From: Mobula birostris
Lineage: Eukaryota
Direction: 5' to 3'
NCBI RefSeq assembly: GCF_030028105.1
Contig: NC_092382.1
Location: 19,385,792 to 19,449,791 of the forward strand
DNA length: 64,000 bases
In this document: piece by piece, positions 22,701 to 33,912 of the stretch
Layout of the letters: every line of letters begins with the position of its first letter
Numbering within the stretch: position 1 is the stretch's first letter
Translations under genes and position numbers: made by a program
Notes under the pieces: model-generated
Databases searched by the model: none
Seen by the model: the letters and a program-made list of their open reading frames with translations, nothing else
What the model was told of the DNA's origin: nothing

Positions 22701-25700
22701 TCGAATAATCAGTGAAACATGGGCTGATGCAATGTTAATAAGTTTTGTGATATTTGTCTTTCTTACGCTCTCTCCTCTGTCTAACTCAGTCTGCGATGAT
22801 GAAGCCTCACAATCTCTGAGCCCATGCACTGCCCCGGGCTCCATTCTCACTGACATGATGGGCTTATGGATGTAGTGAGCTTCCCATCCAGACCATCACA
22901 ATTTGACAAATTGTAATATTATTTACGGATAATTTCAGTCCTTTGCACTTTCCTTGTCACGATCCCACAACTCTCGGTTTCCCTGTCCTAATTCCCATCT
23001 CTCACTCTTCCACAGTATCCATCACACAACACTGGCAGACAGGAATTTCAGCTTCTGTGGACTGAGCTGAGGAATTTGTCCCCCAATCTCACCCTCTCTA
23101 ACACTGTAGCAGTGTTTGTACTGGGGAGTGCAGATGTGAACACAGCGGTGTTCATATGCTGCTCTGTGGTTGAACAGACCGGTTGGGATGTTACCTGCTT
23201 TTCTAATTAAAGTGATGCTATTATTACTGTTCTGTGACTGGAACTTCAGTGGACGCCCAACTCTAAGAAAAGATAATCTGCAGGAACTGGGGGAGTTTAG
23301 AAAATGGTTAAGGATGAGGCTGTTCAGGAGGGGACAGTGGCTGGCAAGAGAAGGTTTTGACTTTTTGGTGTGAAGAAATTCTTTTTTCCCATTCTCCGGA
23401 TCGCCCCCTTCTCCACACAGACTCTGGTGGAGATCTGTAGTTGCAGGTCCCCGAGCGGTGTGACAACTCTAGTCAAACTCGCCAGCTCTCTGCCTCTTTC
23501 CTCAAAATGTCCTTTGAAAACTCTCCCTCTAGCAAACACGTTTCCCTGTGTCTCACTGTGTTCTCTGTCACAGTGCCAACATTTACCTGGTCAGATCTTT
23601 GTGGCTCAACAATTTAACCGCCCGACGTAAAGTACCACCGTTGGTGGAAACAGAGGTCAGGTTTCAACATTATGAACTCTGCTTCGGCCACATCTGGGCC
23701 ATTGCGTACCGTTCCAATTGCCCCACTACCGGAGGGATGTTGAGGCTTTAGAGAGGGAGCACAAGAGATTCACCAGGATGCTGTCTGGTTCAGAGGGCAT
23801 GTGCTATCATGAGAGGCTGGAGAAAATTAGATTGTTTTCTCTGGACCATCGGAGGCCGAGGGAGCTCTGACACAGGTTGACAACATTATGAGAGGCTTAG
23901 ATAGAGTAGACAGAGAGAATAGTTTTCCTGGGGTTCAAATGTCTATTACTAGAGGGCCTGCAGTGAAGGTGAGAGGGGGTTGGATTATGGGAGATGTGAG
24001 AGATAGTTTTTTTTTAAATCAGAGAGCCGTGGATGCCTGGAATGCACTGCCTGGTACGGTGGTAGAGGCAAATTGTTAGGGACTTCTGAGAGACGTTTGG
24101 ATAGACACATGGATGTAAGGAAGATGGACGCATATGGACATGGTGTAGGAAGCAGAGATTAGAGCTTGGGTGTGTCTGATTTACTTCTTAGCTGTTTCGG
24201 CACAATATGATAGGCCTAATGGCTTATCTCAGTGTTTTCCTCTGCAATGTTCAATGCACGGTCACTTACCTTTCAGCTCACTGAGAAACTCTAGTAAAAG
24301 TTGAGCGGGAATTGGTCGATGGGAGGGATCACAACCTGATGAATTTAAACAAATTGAGGAAATCATTTTTGTAAATTTGTAAGGTGTGCTGTGTTGTGAT
24401 CCAAATTTAAATTAATTGCTGATATTATCTCACCATATATCTGTATTTCCTTCAGTATTTTGTCCAAATTTGGGACACAGTTCTGCATTTTCACAAAGGT
24501 TTCCCACATCACCCTCCGGGCGCGGGAGCCTTTCTCCATCACCAGGCTCAGGAGGAGTTTAGAACTGTCCGCCCGCTCTCCCTTATCAGCGAGATCAGAG
24601 ATTTTCTGTGAAGAGTAACGGTGAACATATTGGGGACTGACAGATTCACACAGAGAATGAGGAGTAAATGATGTGCTCTGTAACGGGATCACACTCTGCT
24701 CCACATGGTAGGCTTATTCAGAAAGTTAGAAGGCATGGGATCCAGGGAAGTTTGGCCAGGTGGATTCAGAATTGGCTTGCCTGCAGAAGGCAGAGGGTGG
24801 TGGTAGAGGGAGTACATTCAGGTTGGAGGGTTGTGACTAGTGGTGTCCCACAATGATCTGTTCTGGGACCTCTACTTTTCGTGATTTTTATTAACGACCT
24901 GGATGTGGGGGTAGAAGGGTGGGTTGACAAGTTTGCAGATGACACAAAGGTTGGTGGTGCTGTAGATATTGCAGAGGATTGTCAAAGATTGCAGAGAGAC
25001 ATTGATAGGATGCAGAAGTGGGCTGAGAAGTGGCAGATGGAGTTCAATCCGGAGAAGTGTGAGGCAGTACACTTTGGAAGGACGAACTCCAAGGCAGAGC
25101 ACAAGGTAAATGGCAGGATACTTGGTAGTGTGGAGGAGCAGAGGGATCTGGGGGTGCATGTCCACAGATTCCTGAAAGTTGCCTCACAGGTAGATAGGGT
25201 AGTTAAGAAAGCTTATGGGGTGTTAGCTTTCATAAGTCGAGGGATAGAGTTTAAGAGTCGCGATGTAATGATGCAGCTCTATAAAACTCTGGTTTGGCCA
25301 CACTTGGAGTACTGTGTCTAGTTCTGGTCACCTCACTATAGGAAGGATGTGGAAGCATTGGAAAGGGTACAGAGGAGATTTACCAGGATGCTGCCTAGTT
25401 TAGAGACTATAGATTATGATCAGAGATTAAGGGAGCTAGGGCTATACTCTTTGGAGAGGAGGAGGATGAGAGGAGACATGATAGAGGTGTACAAGATAAT
25501 AAGAGGAATAGATAGAGTGGACAGTCAGCGCCTCTTCCCCGGGCACCACTGCTCAATACAAGAGGACATGGCTTTAAGGTAAGGGGTGGGAAGTTCAAGG
25601 GGGATATTAGAGGAAGGTTTTTTTCTCAGAGAGTGGTTGGTGCGTGGAATGCACTGCCTGAGTCAGTGGTGGAGGCAGATACACTAGTGAAGTTTAAGAG

Positions 25701-27739
25701 ACTACTAGACAGGTATATGGAGGAATTTAAGGTGGGGAGTTATATGGGAGGCAGGTTTGAGAGTCGGCACAACATTGTGGGCGGACAGGCCTGCAATGTG
25801 CTGTACTATTCTATGTTCTATGTTCTATAACGGGATCACACTGAGCAGTCACCCTGTCTGGACATGGACTGTACATTCTGAGTGCAGAGCACACGGGGGG
25901 ACATTCACCGTGAACCTGGTCCACCAGTCAATGAGATTCTGGCTGGTCTGTGACCGCTTCATTGACCTGGCTCCAAATCCGTAAATAATTCCTCACCGGA
26001 TTTGACGATGGAAACAGAAATCAGAAAATAACAATCACAGATGAACAAGGAACTCAGGAGGGTTTTTGTATAACAGAGTGAACGGTCCCAGGGAAATTGC
26101 AGAAAAGATGCTGTGATTCATCTCCTCAGTCTGCCAGTGTCCAACATGACAGCGGATTACCGGCTGACACCTGATGCCTTTCCTTTGCCCTTTCCGATGG
26201 AGGTTTATTCAGTGATTACACATTACAACATGGCAGTATTCCCCGATCCACACTGTTTGCAGTTACAGATTGTAACACAATCATCTCCACCCAGAACAGA
26301 ACACACTCCAGCTCCTGCAGCACCCACAGATGATGCCCCGGTTCTCACTGACATCCTGCCGGCACGCTGCACGGTCTTCCCAAACCGAAACCTCCCGTCA
26401 TATTTCCATTTAATACTGGAAGCCCACACAACTGTTACCTGCTCAACTCACTCTGAACACTGAGCAGCTACCCACCAGTCCGCGGGGTCTTTTCACCTCT
26501 TTCTATCACTGGTTCAGATTTAAATCTTTGAGATTGTATGTACAATACTTATTTCCCAGTTTTTATTTTATCTATTTAATATCCGATGAGTCAGAGTTCC
26601 GACACCCATCAGTCCTGTGACGTGTGACAATTCAAACCCATTCTCCCTCCCACTCACCCGATGTTCCTCTCCACTGAACTGATTCTCGGCCGTTAACGCC
26701 AGGCTCATTCCGTGCACCCCTCCTTCCATCGCCTGCTCCAGCCTGTCCCAGTAGAAATCCGTCAACTGCAGCAGCTGGAAATCGTCCCAGCTTGCCAGGA
26801 GCTCGGAGATCTCTGAGCTCGGACCTGTGAATGAAAATGGGGAAAATTAAAAAATTACTGACCCCATATTGAGCAGCAACTTTCTCTCTGGAACCTAAAG
26901 ATCACCAAATACAGTCCGAAATATATATATGGGGGGGGGAGAGGAATGGGCACAGGCCAGGGGGTGGGAGGGGGGTATAGGAGGGGTTATAGTTCTATCT
27001 GTTGAAGGCTGCTCTTTTGTCTCCCCAGAAATATACCTCTCTGTTTGGAAAGGACTCTGCTTATTCCTGAGAGTATCATAACCCATCACCATCATTCTCC
27101 TGGTACTGCCCATCACCACCGCTTTGCTCTGGCTTACTGTCTGCCTGCCTGGTCAACCCCTTCCTCGGCAAGTCTCTGGGATATCTCACAAAATGCTGGA
27201 GGTACTCAAAAGGTCAAGCAGCCTCTATGGAGGAGAATGAACAATCAACGTTTCGGGCACGGCCCTTCATCGGACTGGAAATGAGGGGACAGAAATTCTA
27301 GATATTGCCACATTACTTTCTATTCTTTGTGGTCCTGATCCAAAACATCAAATGCTTATCCCCCTCCATGGATGCTGCCTGACCTGCTGAGTTCTGCCAA
27401 TATTTTGTGTTTCTTTGTGTTGCCCAAAACTTTCAGCATCTGCAGAATGTCTTCTGGAGTAACTCGCTACTTTAATCACAATCTGCGAGAGGAGCAGGAA
27501 CAGACAGTAAACGTACCCCTTTGCACGTGTGACTGTGCTTACCCCTGAGATGTTAATTCTCTCTCTGTCATCCCTCCGCTCAGTCCTTTCACAAATATTT
27601 GTGAATTGCTGATATTGAATTAAACACAGACACAAAGTCTAAGCAATATTTATAAATTAAAATACTTCACCAACGTACCTGTGTTCTTTCTCGATGTTGA
27701 CGTCACTGGAACTCCTCCCCTGCTCGCACCTTGAGCCAT
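10691..27739 (-). CDS. NLR family protein (CARD-like death fold, NACHT, LRR), NLRP3/NLRC3-like; 10 coding exons, 962 aa
   Basis: Exons 27739-27679, 26824-26658, 24605-24434, 24335-24270, 14170-12433, 11985-11899, 11743-11573, 11418-11248, 11092-10925, 10778-10691. All introns are GT-AG with consistent phases; the total is 2889 nt with no internal stop. Confidence 0.85.
10925..11092 (-). CDS. NLR LRR exon (168 nt)
   Basis: [55 protein letters not shown]; GTGAGT donor. Confidence 0.9.
11248..11418 (-). CDS. NLR LRR exon (171 nt)
   Basis: Near-identical duplicate of the previous exon; the donor is GTCAGT. Confidence 0.85.
11573..11743 (-). CDS. NLR LRR exon (171 nt)
   Basis: [56 protein letters not shown]; canonical 171-nt RI-type LRR exon. 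Confidence 0.9.
11899..11985 (-). CDS. NLR LRR exon (87 nt)
   Basis: [28 protein letters not shown]; TTTAG acceptor and GTAAGT donor. Confidence 0.9.
12433..14170 (-). CDS. NLR NACHT exon
   Basis: Walker A GVPGIGKT, Walker [12 protein letters not shown], sensor 1 VLVTTRP, winged-helix FPHLTIQEF, first LRR units; 1738 nt open. Confidence 0.95.
14680..22260. repeat. 39-bp minisatellite, roughly 160 units, interrupted by a CR1 at 20806-22076
   Basis: Consensus TCACAGTGTGTCAGGACCCTGTCAGGGGTGTGTGGGGTC; produces 13-aa periodic spurious ORFs. Confidence 0.95.
20806..22076 (-). mobile_element. Young 5'-truncated CR1 LINE (RT C-terminal half)
   Basis: [12 protein letters not shown]...SKFADDTKL...[11 protein letters not shown]...TRGHSL; (TTCTATGT)n-type tail at about 20806-20828. 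Confidence 0.92.
23630..24240 (+). mobile_element. Degenerate CR1 3' fragment
   Basis: [14 protein letters not shown]...[11 protein letters not shown]...[10 protein letters not shown]. Confidence 0.7.
24270..24335 (-). CDS. NLR coding exon 4 (linker)
   Basis: 66 nt, phase 1-1, [21 protein letters not shown]; CAG acceptor and AG|GTAAGT donor. Confidence 0.7.
24434..24605 (-). CDS. NLR coding exon 3 (death-fold C-terminal half)
   Basis: [57 protein letters not shown], a CARD-like helix pattern; CAG and GTGAGA sites. Confidence 0.8.
24696..25827 (+). mobile_element. 5'-truncated CR1 LINE with 15-bp target-site duplication
   Basis: RT motifs (FADDTK, PHLEYCV), TTCTATGTTCTATGTTCTA tail; TSD TAACGGGATCACACT at 24681-24695 and 25828-25842. 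Confidence 0.92.
26658..26824 (-). CDS. NLR coding exon 2 (death-fold N-terminal half)
   Basis: TTCACAG acceptor; [55 protein letters not shown]; GTGAGT donor. Confidence 0.8.
27185..27455. mobile_element. Degenerate inverted pair of Penelope-like terminal fragments
   Basis: CAAAATGCTGGAGGTACTCA...CGTTTCGGGC...CTTCATCGGACT, followed by a reverse-oriented GATGCTGCCTGACCTGCTGAGTTC. Confidence 0.55.
27679..27739 (-). CDS. NLR coding exon 1 ([20 protein letters not shown])
   Basis: AAAATGG start context; acceptor at 27773-27772 (exon begins 27771); GTACGT donor; phase 1 matches the next exon. Confidence 0.65.
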
Positions 27740-28440
27740 TTTGAGGACAGATGTGATCAGTTTTTGCTGCTCTATAACAAAACAAAATTAACAGGAGGGT
27801 CAAACATTAATTCAAGTGTAAAGGGGAACACTGTTTTGATTTTAAACTGAGGCAAACACTGCCAAACATCTTGGACCTGTCCACTGAAGCCTTGACACAG
27901 CCTGATCCACCTGCTCCCATCTATTTCCATGGATTGTACACTGCGCCGGGACTTTCCGGTGTATCTACACGCTATATTGCAGACAATTCCCTTTTAGGAA
28001 CCAGTCTTGTGCCCTGGACTGGGAGTGATGTGTCAATGGGAAGGCAAGGCAGGCTGAGCAGACAGCGCCCACTGCTTTGGTCCTCCTACCACTGTTGGCG
28101 CTGTGGAGAGTAATGGACAACTGTTCTAGCAGTGTGGGTTAAAACATTTCTGCTGACCAATGGGACACCCATTCCTCTCGTCACTGAATTATACAGATAT
28201 CTCAATCACACCTGATTCTCACTGTCTCATTTCAGTTTAACATCACCTGGTAATGACACCAATGGCAATATATGGTCTGAGTCTACATAGAAAAACTCTG
28301 ACATCCTGAACAATGCAATCTCACCCATAACATCGTGACATGCAAACACGGGGCAATGTGCAGATGCTGGAAATTCAAGCAACACACATCAAAGTTGCTG
28401 GTGAACGCAGCAGGCCAGGCAGCATCTCTAGGAAGAGGTA

Positions 28441-28478
28441 CAGTCGACGTTTCAGGCCGAGACCCTTCGTCAGGACTA
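28441..28478 (-). ncRNA. Minimal hammerhead ribozyme motif
   Basis: TAGTC-CTGACGA-AGGGTCTCGGCCT-GAAA-CGTC-GACTG. Confidence 0.6.
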
Positions 28479-28985
28479 ACTGAAAGAAGAGTGAGTAAGA
28501 GATTTGAAAGTGGGAGGGGGAGGGGGAGATCTGAAATGATAGGAGAGGACAGGAGGAGGAGGGATGGAGCGAATGGCTGGACAGTTGATTGGCAAAAGGG
28601 ATATGAGGGGATCATGGGACAGGAGGCCTGGGGGAAAGAAAAGGTGGGGGGTGACCCACAGGATAGACAAGGTGTACAGTGAGAAGGGGTACCTCCCCGT
28701 TGTACCCCATCCGTTATTTATTCATTTATATACACATGCATTCTTTTTCTCTCTCTCCTTTTTCTCCCTCTATCCCTCTCACTATACCCCTTGCCCATCC
28801 TCTGGTTCCCCCCCTCCCACTTTTCTTTCTCCCTAGGCCTCCTGTCCCATGATCATCTCATGTCCCTTTTACCAATCAACTGTCCAGCTCTTGGCTCCAT
28901 CCCTCCCCCTCCTGTCTTCTCCTATCATTTCCGATATCACCCTCCCCCTCCCACTTTCAAACTTCTTACTAGCTCTTCTTTCAGT

Positions 28986-29023
28986 TAGTCCTGATGAAGG
29001 GCCTTGGCCCGAAACGTCGACTA
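28986..29023 (+). ncRNA. Minimal hammerhead ribozyme motif (best-preserved copy)
   Basis: Stem I TAGTC/GACTA, core CTGATGA, stem II GGGC-CTTG-GCCC, GAAA, palindromic ACGT, predicted GUC cleavage after 29018. Confidence 0.7.
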
Positions 29024-29399
29024 TACCTCTTCCTAGAGATGCTGTCTGGCCTGCTGCGTTAACATCGTGACATCTTGTTCAGAATCATGACATTTTCTCC
29101 AGCAGGATTTTAAGATCCATATTATCACCTAAACCCCGGTCAAGATTTCTTTGAGCATTTACTTTGCTATTACCAGACTGTCACATCGCACCTTGTTAAA
29201 GACAATGTAGACGCGCTATACATACAAAACAGCAAGTTGGCAAAATATCTTTAACATAATTAAAACAAAACCGCTAGAATTGTTCGACAAGACAGAGAGT
29301 ATGTTAATATTTCAGATGGAAGACCCTGTATCAGAGCTGAGCCTGTCTGTAGGAGCCACGTATCTGTTCTCTATCTGCATTATAGTCTGTGTTGCATAT

Positions 29400-29970
29400 T
29401 AATGATGTTTGTTTTTGTTTCTCAATCTGTTCCACAACACTCCCTGCCCTCCCATTCACTATACCGGTCCCACCCTGGTCTGACTGTCCAAAAGCACCAA
29501 CTCTCACTTGTTCAAGTTGAAAACCATTCGCCATTTCTCAGCCCATCTCCATAACTGACCAAGATGTCTTTGAAATTTATTGTAACCTGTTGCAATATCA
29601 ACCAGATGCCTGAATTTAGTATCAAACTTGCAAACTGTGCCATGTACATTCATATACAAATCAATGGCATGAATAAAAAAATAACAAGGTCTCGACAGTG
29701 ACAAGCACATCCCACTCGTCATAGGCCTCCATTTGCTAAGTCCATCTTCAGTCATCACCCTCTGCTTCTTGTTCTCGATCCCGGTGTGAATCCACCTCGC
29801 CAGCTCCCCATGAATCCCTCGGGACCTATCCTTCCATATCGGCTGCCATGCGGGACCTCCTTACAGACATTTCCAAAGTTCAGATGAACAACATCACTGC
29901 CCTATTTCATCAATCCTCATAGTTAGCTGTTCAAAAATCTCCAGAATACTTGTCAGATTTGATGTCCCAC
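29400..29970 (-). mobile_element. Old CR1 RT fragment
   Basis: Degenerate CKFDTK...QRHLGQLWRWAEKWRMVFNLNK; the same insertion is present, inverted, at about 54870-55200. Confidence 0.65.
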
Positions 29971-30689
29971 TGGGTGTGCAGACGGCAATTTCCCCATAAC
30001 CAATGTCTAACCGCCCGAGACTTCAGCTTCACTGCAGACTGAGGAAATTCCAACCTGTCGAATTACCAACCTGGACTGAAGCCCGTATACTGCCAGAGTC
30101 ACCAGCCCAATATTATAACCAATACAAAGCCGCTTTGGTGCCAGCGATTTGCCGTGATGTTCCTCCCATTTCCGGCTCAAAATCTGAGATGGAACTGGAA
30201 CCTAATGACCCTCTGCCGGGGCTGGTGGTCAGGCTGGTTCACCGGTCTGTACATTGTCAGAGGATGCAGATACACTTCAGCTTGTTTCCAGCAACTAAAC
30301 TGAGCACGTTGGTCACAATGTCATTGCTGTGTGGGATATTGCCATGTTTCCCCTCAGTGTAGCAGGAACAAAATGTAAAATTATAAAGTAGAAAATTATG
30401 GGAACTCAGTACATCAGGTTACATCTGTGAAAGGAGAAATGGTGGAAGACCCGATATCTAAACTGGGACTGTTCAAGAAGCTGTCGATCTGCTGGGCATT
30501 TCCAGTATTTTCATCTTCTTACTTCAAATTTCATGCAACTCTAGTTTTATTCCACCTCCTCATTTTAATGCACAGATGGTAACTGATTGCAAAATATCAG
30601 CAACGCGCTAAAATCTAAATACCACCCCACTCCAATCAGTTTGTTATTTCAGAGTTCATTCTGACCCTGGTGTGATTCATTCCATACAG

Positions 30690-30985
30690 TCAATGCTCAC
30701 AGCATCCTTTCCTCCCACTGTCACTCTGTTACATTTGCTCCTGAGGCCACTGTCTCTACGCTGAGAGGCGGTGACCACAGAGCGATAAAAAGTACAACAC
30801 TTGCTGCAGCTCTGACGGGCTGTTACCCTGGAAACGGAGGAAGTGGCTCACCGAAAATAACTGAAAAAGGAAATAACAAACTCAACATCAGATGCTGTGA
30901 GCTCCATTATTACAAAGATTAACACTGCAGCCATTTTGTTACTGGGAAACTAAAATTGAAATGGCTGCTTTTACCCTGCCACATG
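30690..30985 (-). promoter_or_regulatory. Conserved module, copy 1 (X-box-like GTTACCCTGGAAAC, ETS/PU.1-like GGAGGAAGTG, YY1-like CAAAATGGC)
   Basis: Motifs at 30822-30845 and 30928-30938; homologous copies at 41.5, 53.2 and 57.7 kb. Function is inferred. Confidence 0.45.
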
Positions 30986-31499
30986 CTGTGTTCAATTAAA
31001 CCTCTGGTAGCTCCAGCTATCAAAAACCCAATCCTGGAAAAGATGTAAAACAAATCTTCGCAATAAAGACAAAATTTAGGAGAGAGTTTGCTGAAATATA
31101 TCATTGCGGCAATGGGACACAGTCTGGACTGAGATTGAACAAGATGGTTGATATATATCATTGGGATACAGACTGGACAGAGGTTCAACCAGATGGGCAG
31201 GGAATGAGCAGATGGAACCCGGTGGGAGAAGGAATCAAGTGCACTCTCCGATGGTCGTCCAGTAATACACAGATACTGAAATAATAGTACACACTACTAG
31301 ATAACAGATTCCAATATAACAAAGCCAGAACAAACAATAGCCCTGGAAGAACGTTGTTTCGTTTTTACTGTGTACTGTCCCAGTAGCTTATGGTCGAAAT
31401 GACAATAAACTTGACTTAACTAAGAAGTTCAGTATATGTATCAATGCTCCGCAGAAAGTATCCCATCCCCATACCTCACATCTTAATACGGCTACTATC

Positions 31500-31835
31500 T
31501 ACTGCTATTTCTTTAACTGAATGAAATAGCGGAGAACTGTGGACACAGCTGAGCACATCATAGAAACCAAACTCCCCTCCATGGACTCAGTCTACACTTC
31601 CCGCTGCCTCAGTAAAACAGCCAACATAATGAAAGATCCCCACAACCCTGAACATTCTCACTTCTCACCCTCCCATCGGGTCGAAGATTAAATGGAACAG
31701 AAACATACGACCAGTTTCAAGGACAGTTTCCATTCTGCTGTTATAAGCGAACTGAATGTTCTCCAGCATATTGACCTGACCTCACAGTCTAAATCGATGT
31801 GACTTTGCACCACATATCTACCCACACTGCACTTA
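31500..31835 (+). mobile_element. Rex1/Babar 3' fragment
   Basis: LPSMDSVYTSRCLSKTANIMKDPHNPEHSHF, a typical Rex C-terminus. Confidence 0.6.
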
Positions 31836-31839
31836 CTCT

Positions 31840-32278
31840 TTTAAAAAATCTGTTTATTACTATTAGCCAAAATTAATACGAGTACATCAAAGAACGCTTA
31901 CAATGTCTCAAGAAAAAGAACATTAAAGATTGTAAAAATTTTGGTAATGAAAAAAACCTACTAAGCGAGAAAAGTGGGAAAGAAACCCCATTAGGTGTTC
32001 AATCCCGGCGCCATGCGTCACACAAAAAGCTTCTGAAGATGAACATCAAACCGCCAGCAAAAAAAAGTACCAAAATTTACAATTAGATCGTGGAGGAAAT
32101 CTATCAATTAACTCAAATGATAATAACGAGCAAATGAACCCCATCTTTTCTCAAAAACATTGATAGCTAGGAGGGCCATTTTGTTGAAGTGGAAGGAAAC
32201 ATCAGCTCCCACTTTGTCACAATGGTTCTCTCAAGTGACGCTGTGTCTTAGTTTGGAAACAATTAGAAGGGGAACCTT
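31840..32278. mobile_element. L1-clade LINE 3' end with an inverted 5' segment
   Basis: Plus strand 32160-32275 reads IARRAILLKWKETSAPTLSQWFSQV...LETIR. Minus strand 32155-31840 continues FEKRWGSFARYYHLS* plus a 3' UTR ending AATAAA...AAAA. Confidence 0.6.
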
Positions 32279-33166
32279 TGCACTGCAGTTTATCTGTAAC
32301 CATCATGATTTGTTACACCCTGGTATCGTTTTAACTCAGTGTACTACTGTAACGTATTGATCGATGTGCATAATACCGAAGACACGATTTTCACTGTACC
32401 TCTGTACATGTAAAACAATATAAAGATTCCCTAACTTAATCGCGTGGAACTGTTAGTCAGCCTGAGTTGCTCCTTTGGAACTTCTGGAGCGAGTGTACAC
32501 ATTTCCGAGAAACCCAGATAAATGAAAAAAAGACTTAATTCTCGCATTAATAGGGCCAGATATCTGGAAACATTGTCAGCATTTCGGCAAGTCGTTGCAA
32601 TGGAAAGAAGATGGAAATAAACTTCCCAGATCCCCGAGAGGACGTGAGAGATCCGGATCTCACTGTCCTGTCTGAACAGGGATAGATGAAACTACTCATA
32701 CACGTGGATCAGTGTCCCGAGGGTGCGATTCTTCTGTTTAACCCTCGTGTCTGCAAGAACACAACAGGCCGAACGGCCCCTTCCAGTATAAAACAATTAT
32801 CGACCCCTGGCATCGATTCAGGTGAAGTTAGGATCCGAATCCGAGCCGGGTGATGCAGATAAAGTTCCCCAAGTACAACTCACCGGATGGGTTTAATCCC
32901 AGCATCAGCACCTCATCCGCTCCTGGGACCAGAACCCCAGGGTCTGAGCGGCGGCTCATCTCAGGCTGTGCAGTGTGAACGTCCCACATCACGGACGAAC
33001 CCAGGCAGGTTATGTCCAAGAAGCGGGACGAGGCCGACAGTTCGAGGAAGTTAACAGGACTCTGCCCAACATCAGATCACCCCTCCACCACCCGGAATCG
33101 GCTTCAGTACTCACCGATGGGAAATTGTCGGTCTCGTTCACCCTAGTGACCGGTCTCAATACTCAC

Positions 33167-33345
33167 CGATGGGAACTTGCTCTATTTGCCCCGCAGACAG
33201 CGAACCGTCCCCCAGCTCCCCGCCGACGATCCGCTTCAACAGAGAACGGAAAGAAAACCAGTGCCCATCCGGGGACTGTGAGGGCGGGGGCGGGGCCTCG
33301 GAAGCGGGGCGGGACTTCTGAAGCGAAAACCCCGCAGATGCTGCA
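33167..33345 (-). promoter_or_regulatory. NLR CpG-rich promoter and non-coding first exon
   Basis: Clustered GC boxes and CGGAAG at 33280-33320; CCCATCG|GTGAGT donor at 33166; further donors at 33114 and about 32883. Confidence 0.6.
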
Positions 33346-33529
33346 GATCTGCGTTTGAAATAGGAGCGAGACACGGGATCACGTGACGGGTGGAGGGACT
33401 CTCGCCCATCACACGCTGCCCGACCTACCTGCCGCATTTTACACCAGCTACAGTTTTAATTTTTCCCTCAGAACCTTTGCTGTCCCCATCGCTCCACGCC
33501 CCCGGTTTTCAGAGTACGGGTTCGATTCC

Positions 33530-33912
33530 CATAGAAACATAGAAAACCTACAGAACAACACAGGCCCTTCGGCCCACAAAGCTGTGCCGAACATATCCCT
33601 ACCTTAGAACTACCTAGGCTTACCTATAGCCCTCTATTTTTCTGAGCTCCATGTAGCCATCCAGGAGTCTCTTAAAAGTCCATATCGTTTCCGCCTCCAC
33701 CACCGCCGCCGGCAGCCCATTCCACGCACTCACCACCTTCCGTGTAAAAAAAACTTACCCCTGACATCTCCTCTGAACCTGCTTCCAAGCACCTTAAAAC
33801 TGTGCCCTCTCCTGCTAGCCATTTCAGCCCTGGGACAAAGCCTCTGTCTATCCAGACGATCAATGCCTCTCATCATCTTGTACACCTCTATCAAGTCACA
33901 TCTCATCCTCTC
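33530..33912 (-). mobile_element. CR1 3' end (host element, continues at 37328-38090)
   Basis: Tail (TTCTATGT)n at about 33530-33546; the sequence resumes seamlessly at 37328. Confidence 0.8.

Larger units (their letters stand above)
28342..29059. mobile_element. Penelope-like insertion made of two inverted terminal repeats, with 14-bp TSD
   Basis: 28400-28680 is the reverse complement of about 28780-29059; TSD TAACATCGTGACAT at 28328-28341 and 29060-29073. Confidence 0.85.

Noticed and set aside
23190-23590. Minus-strand donor-like sites (about 23193 and 23586) suggesting an alternative exon
   Set aside because: No matching acceptor or recognisable reading frame found.
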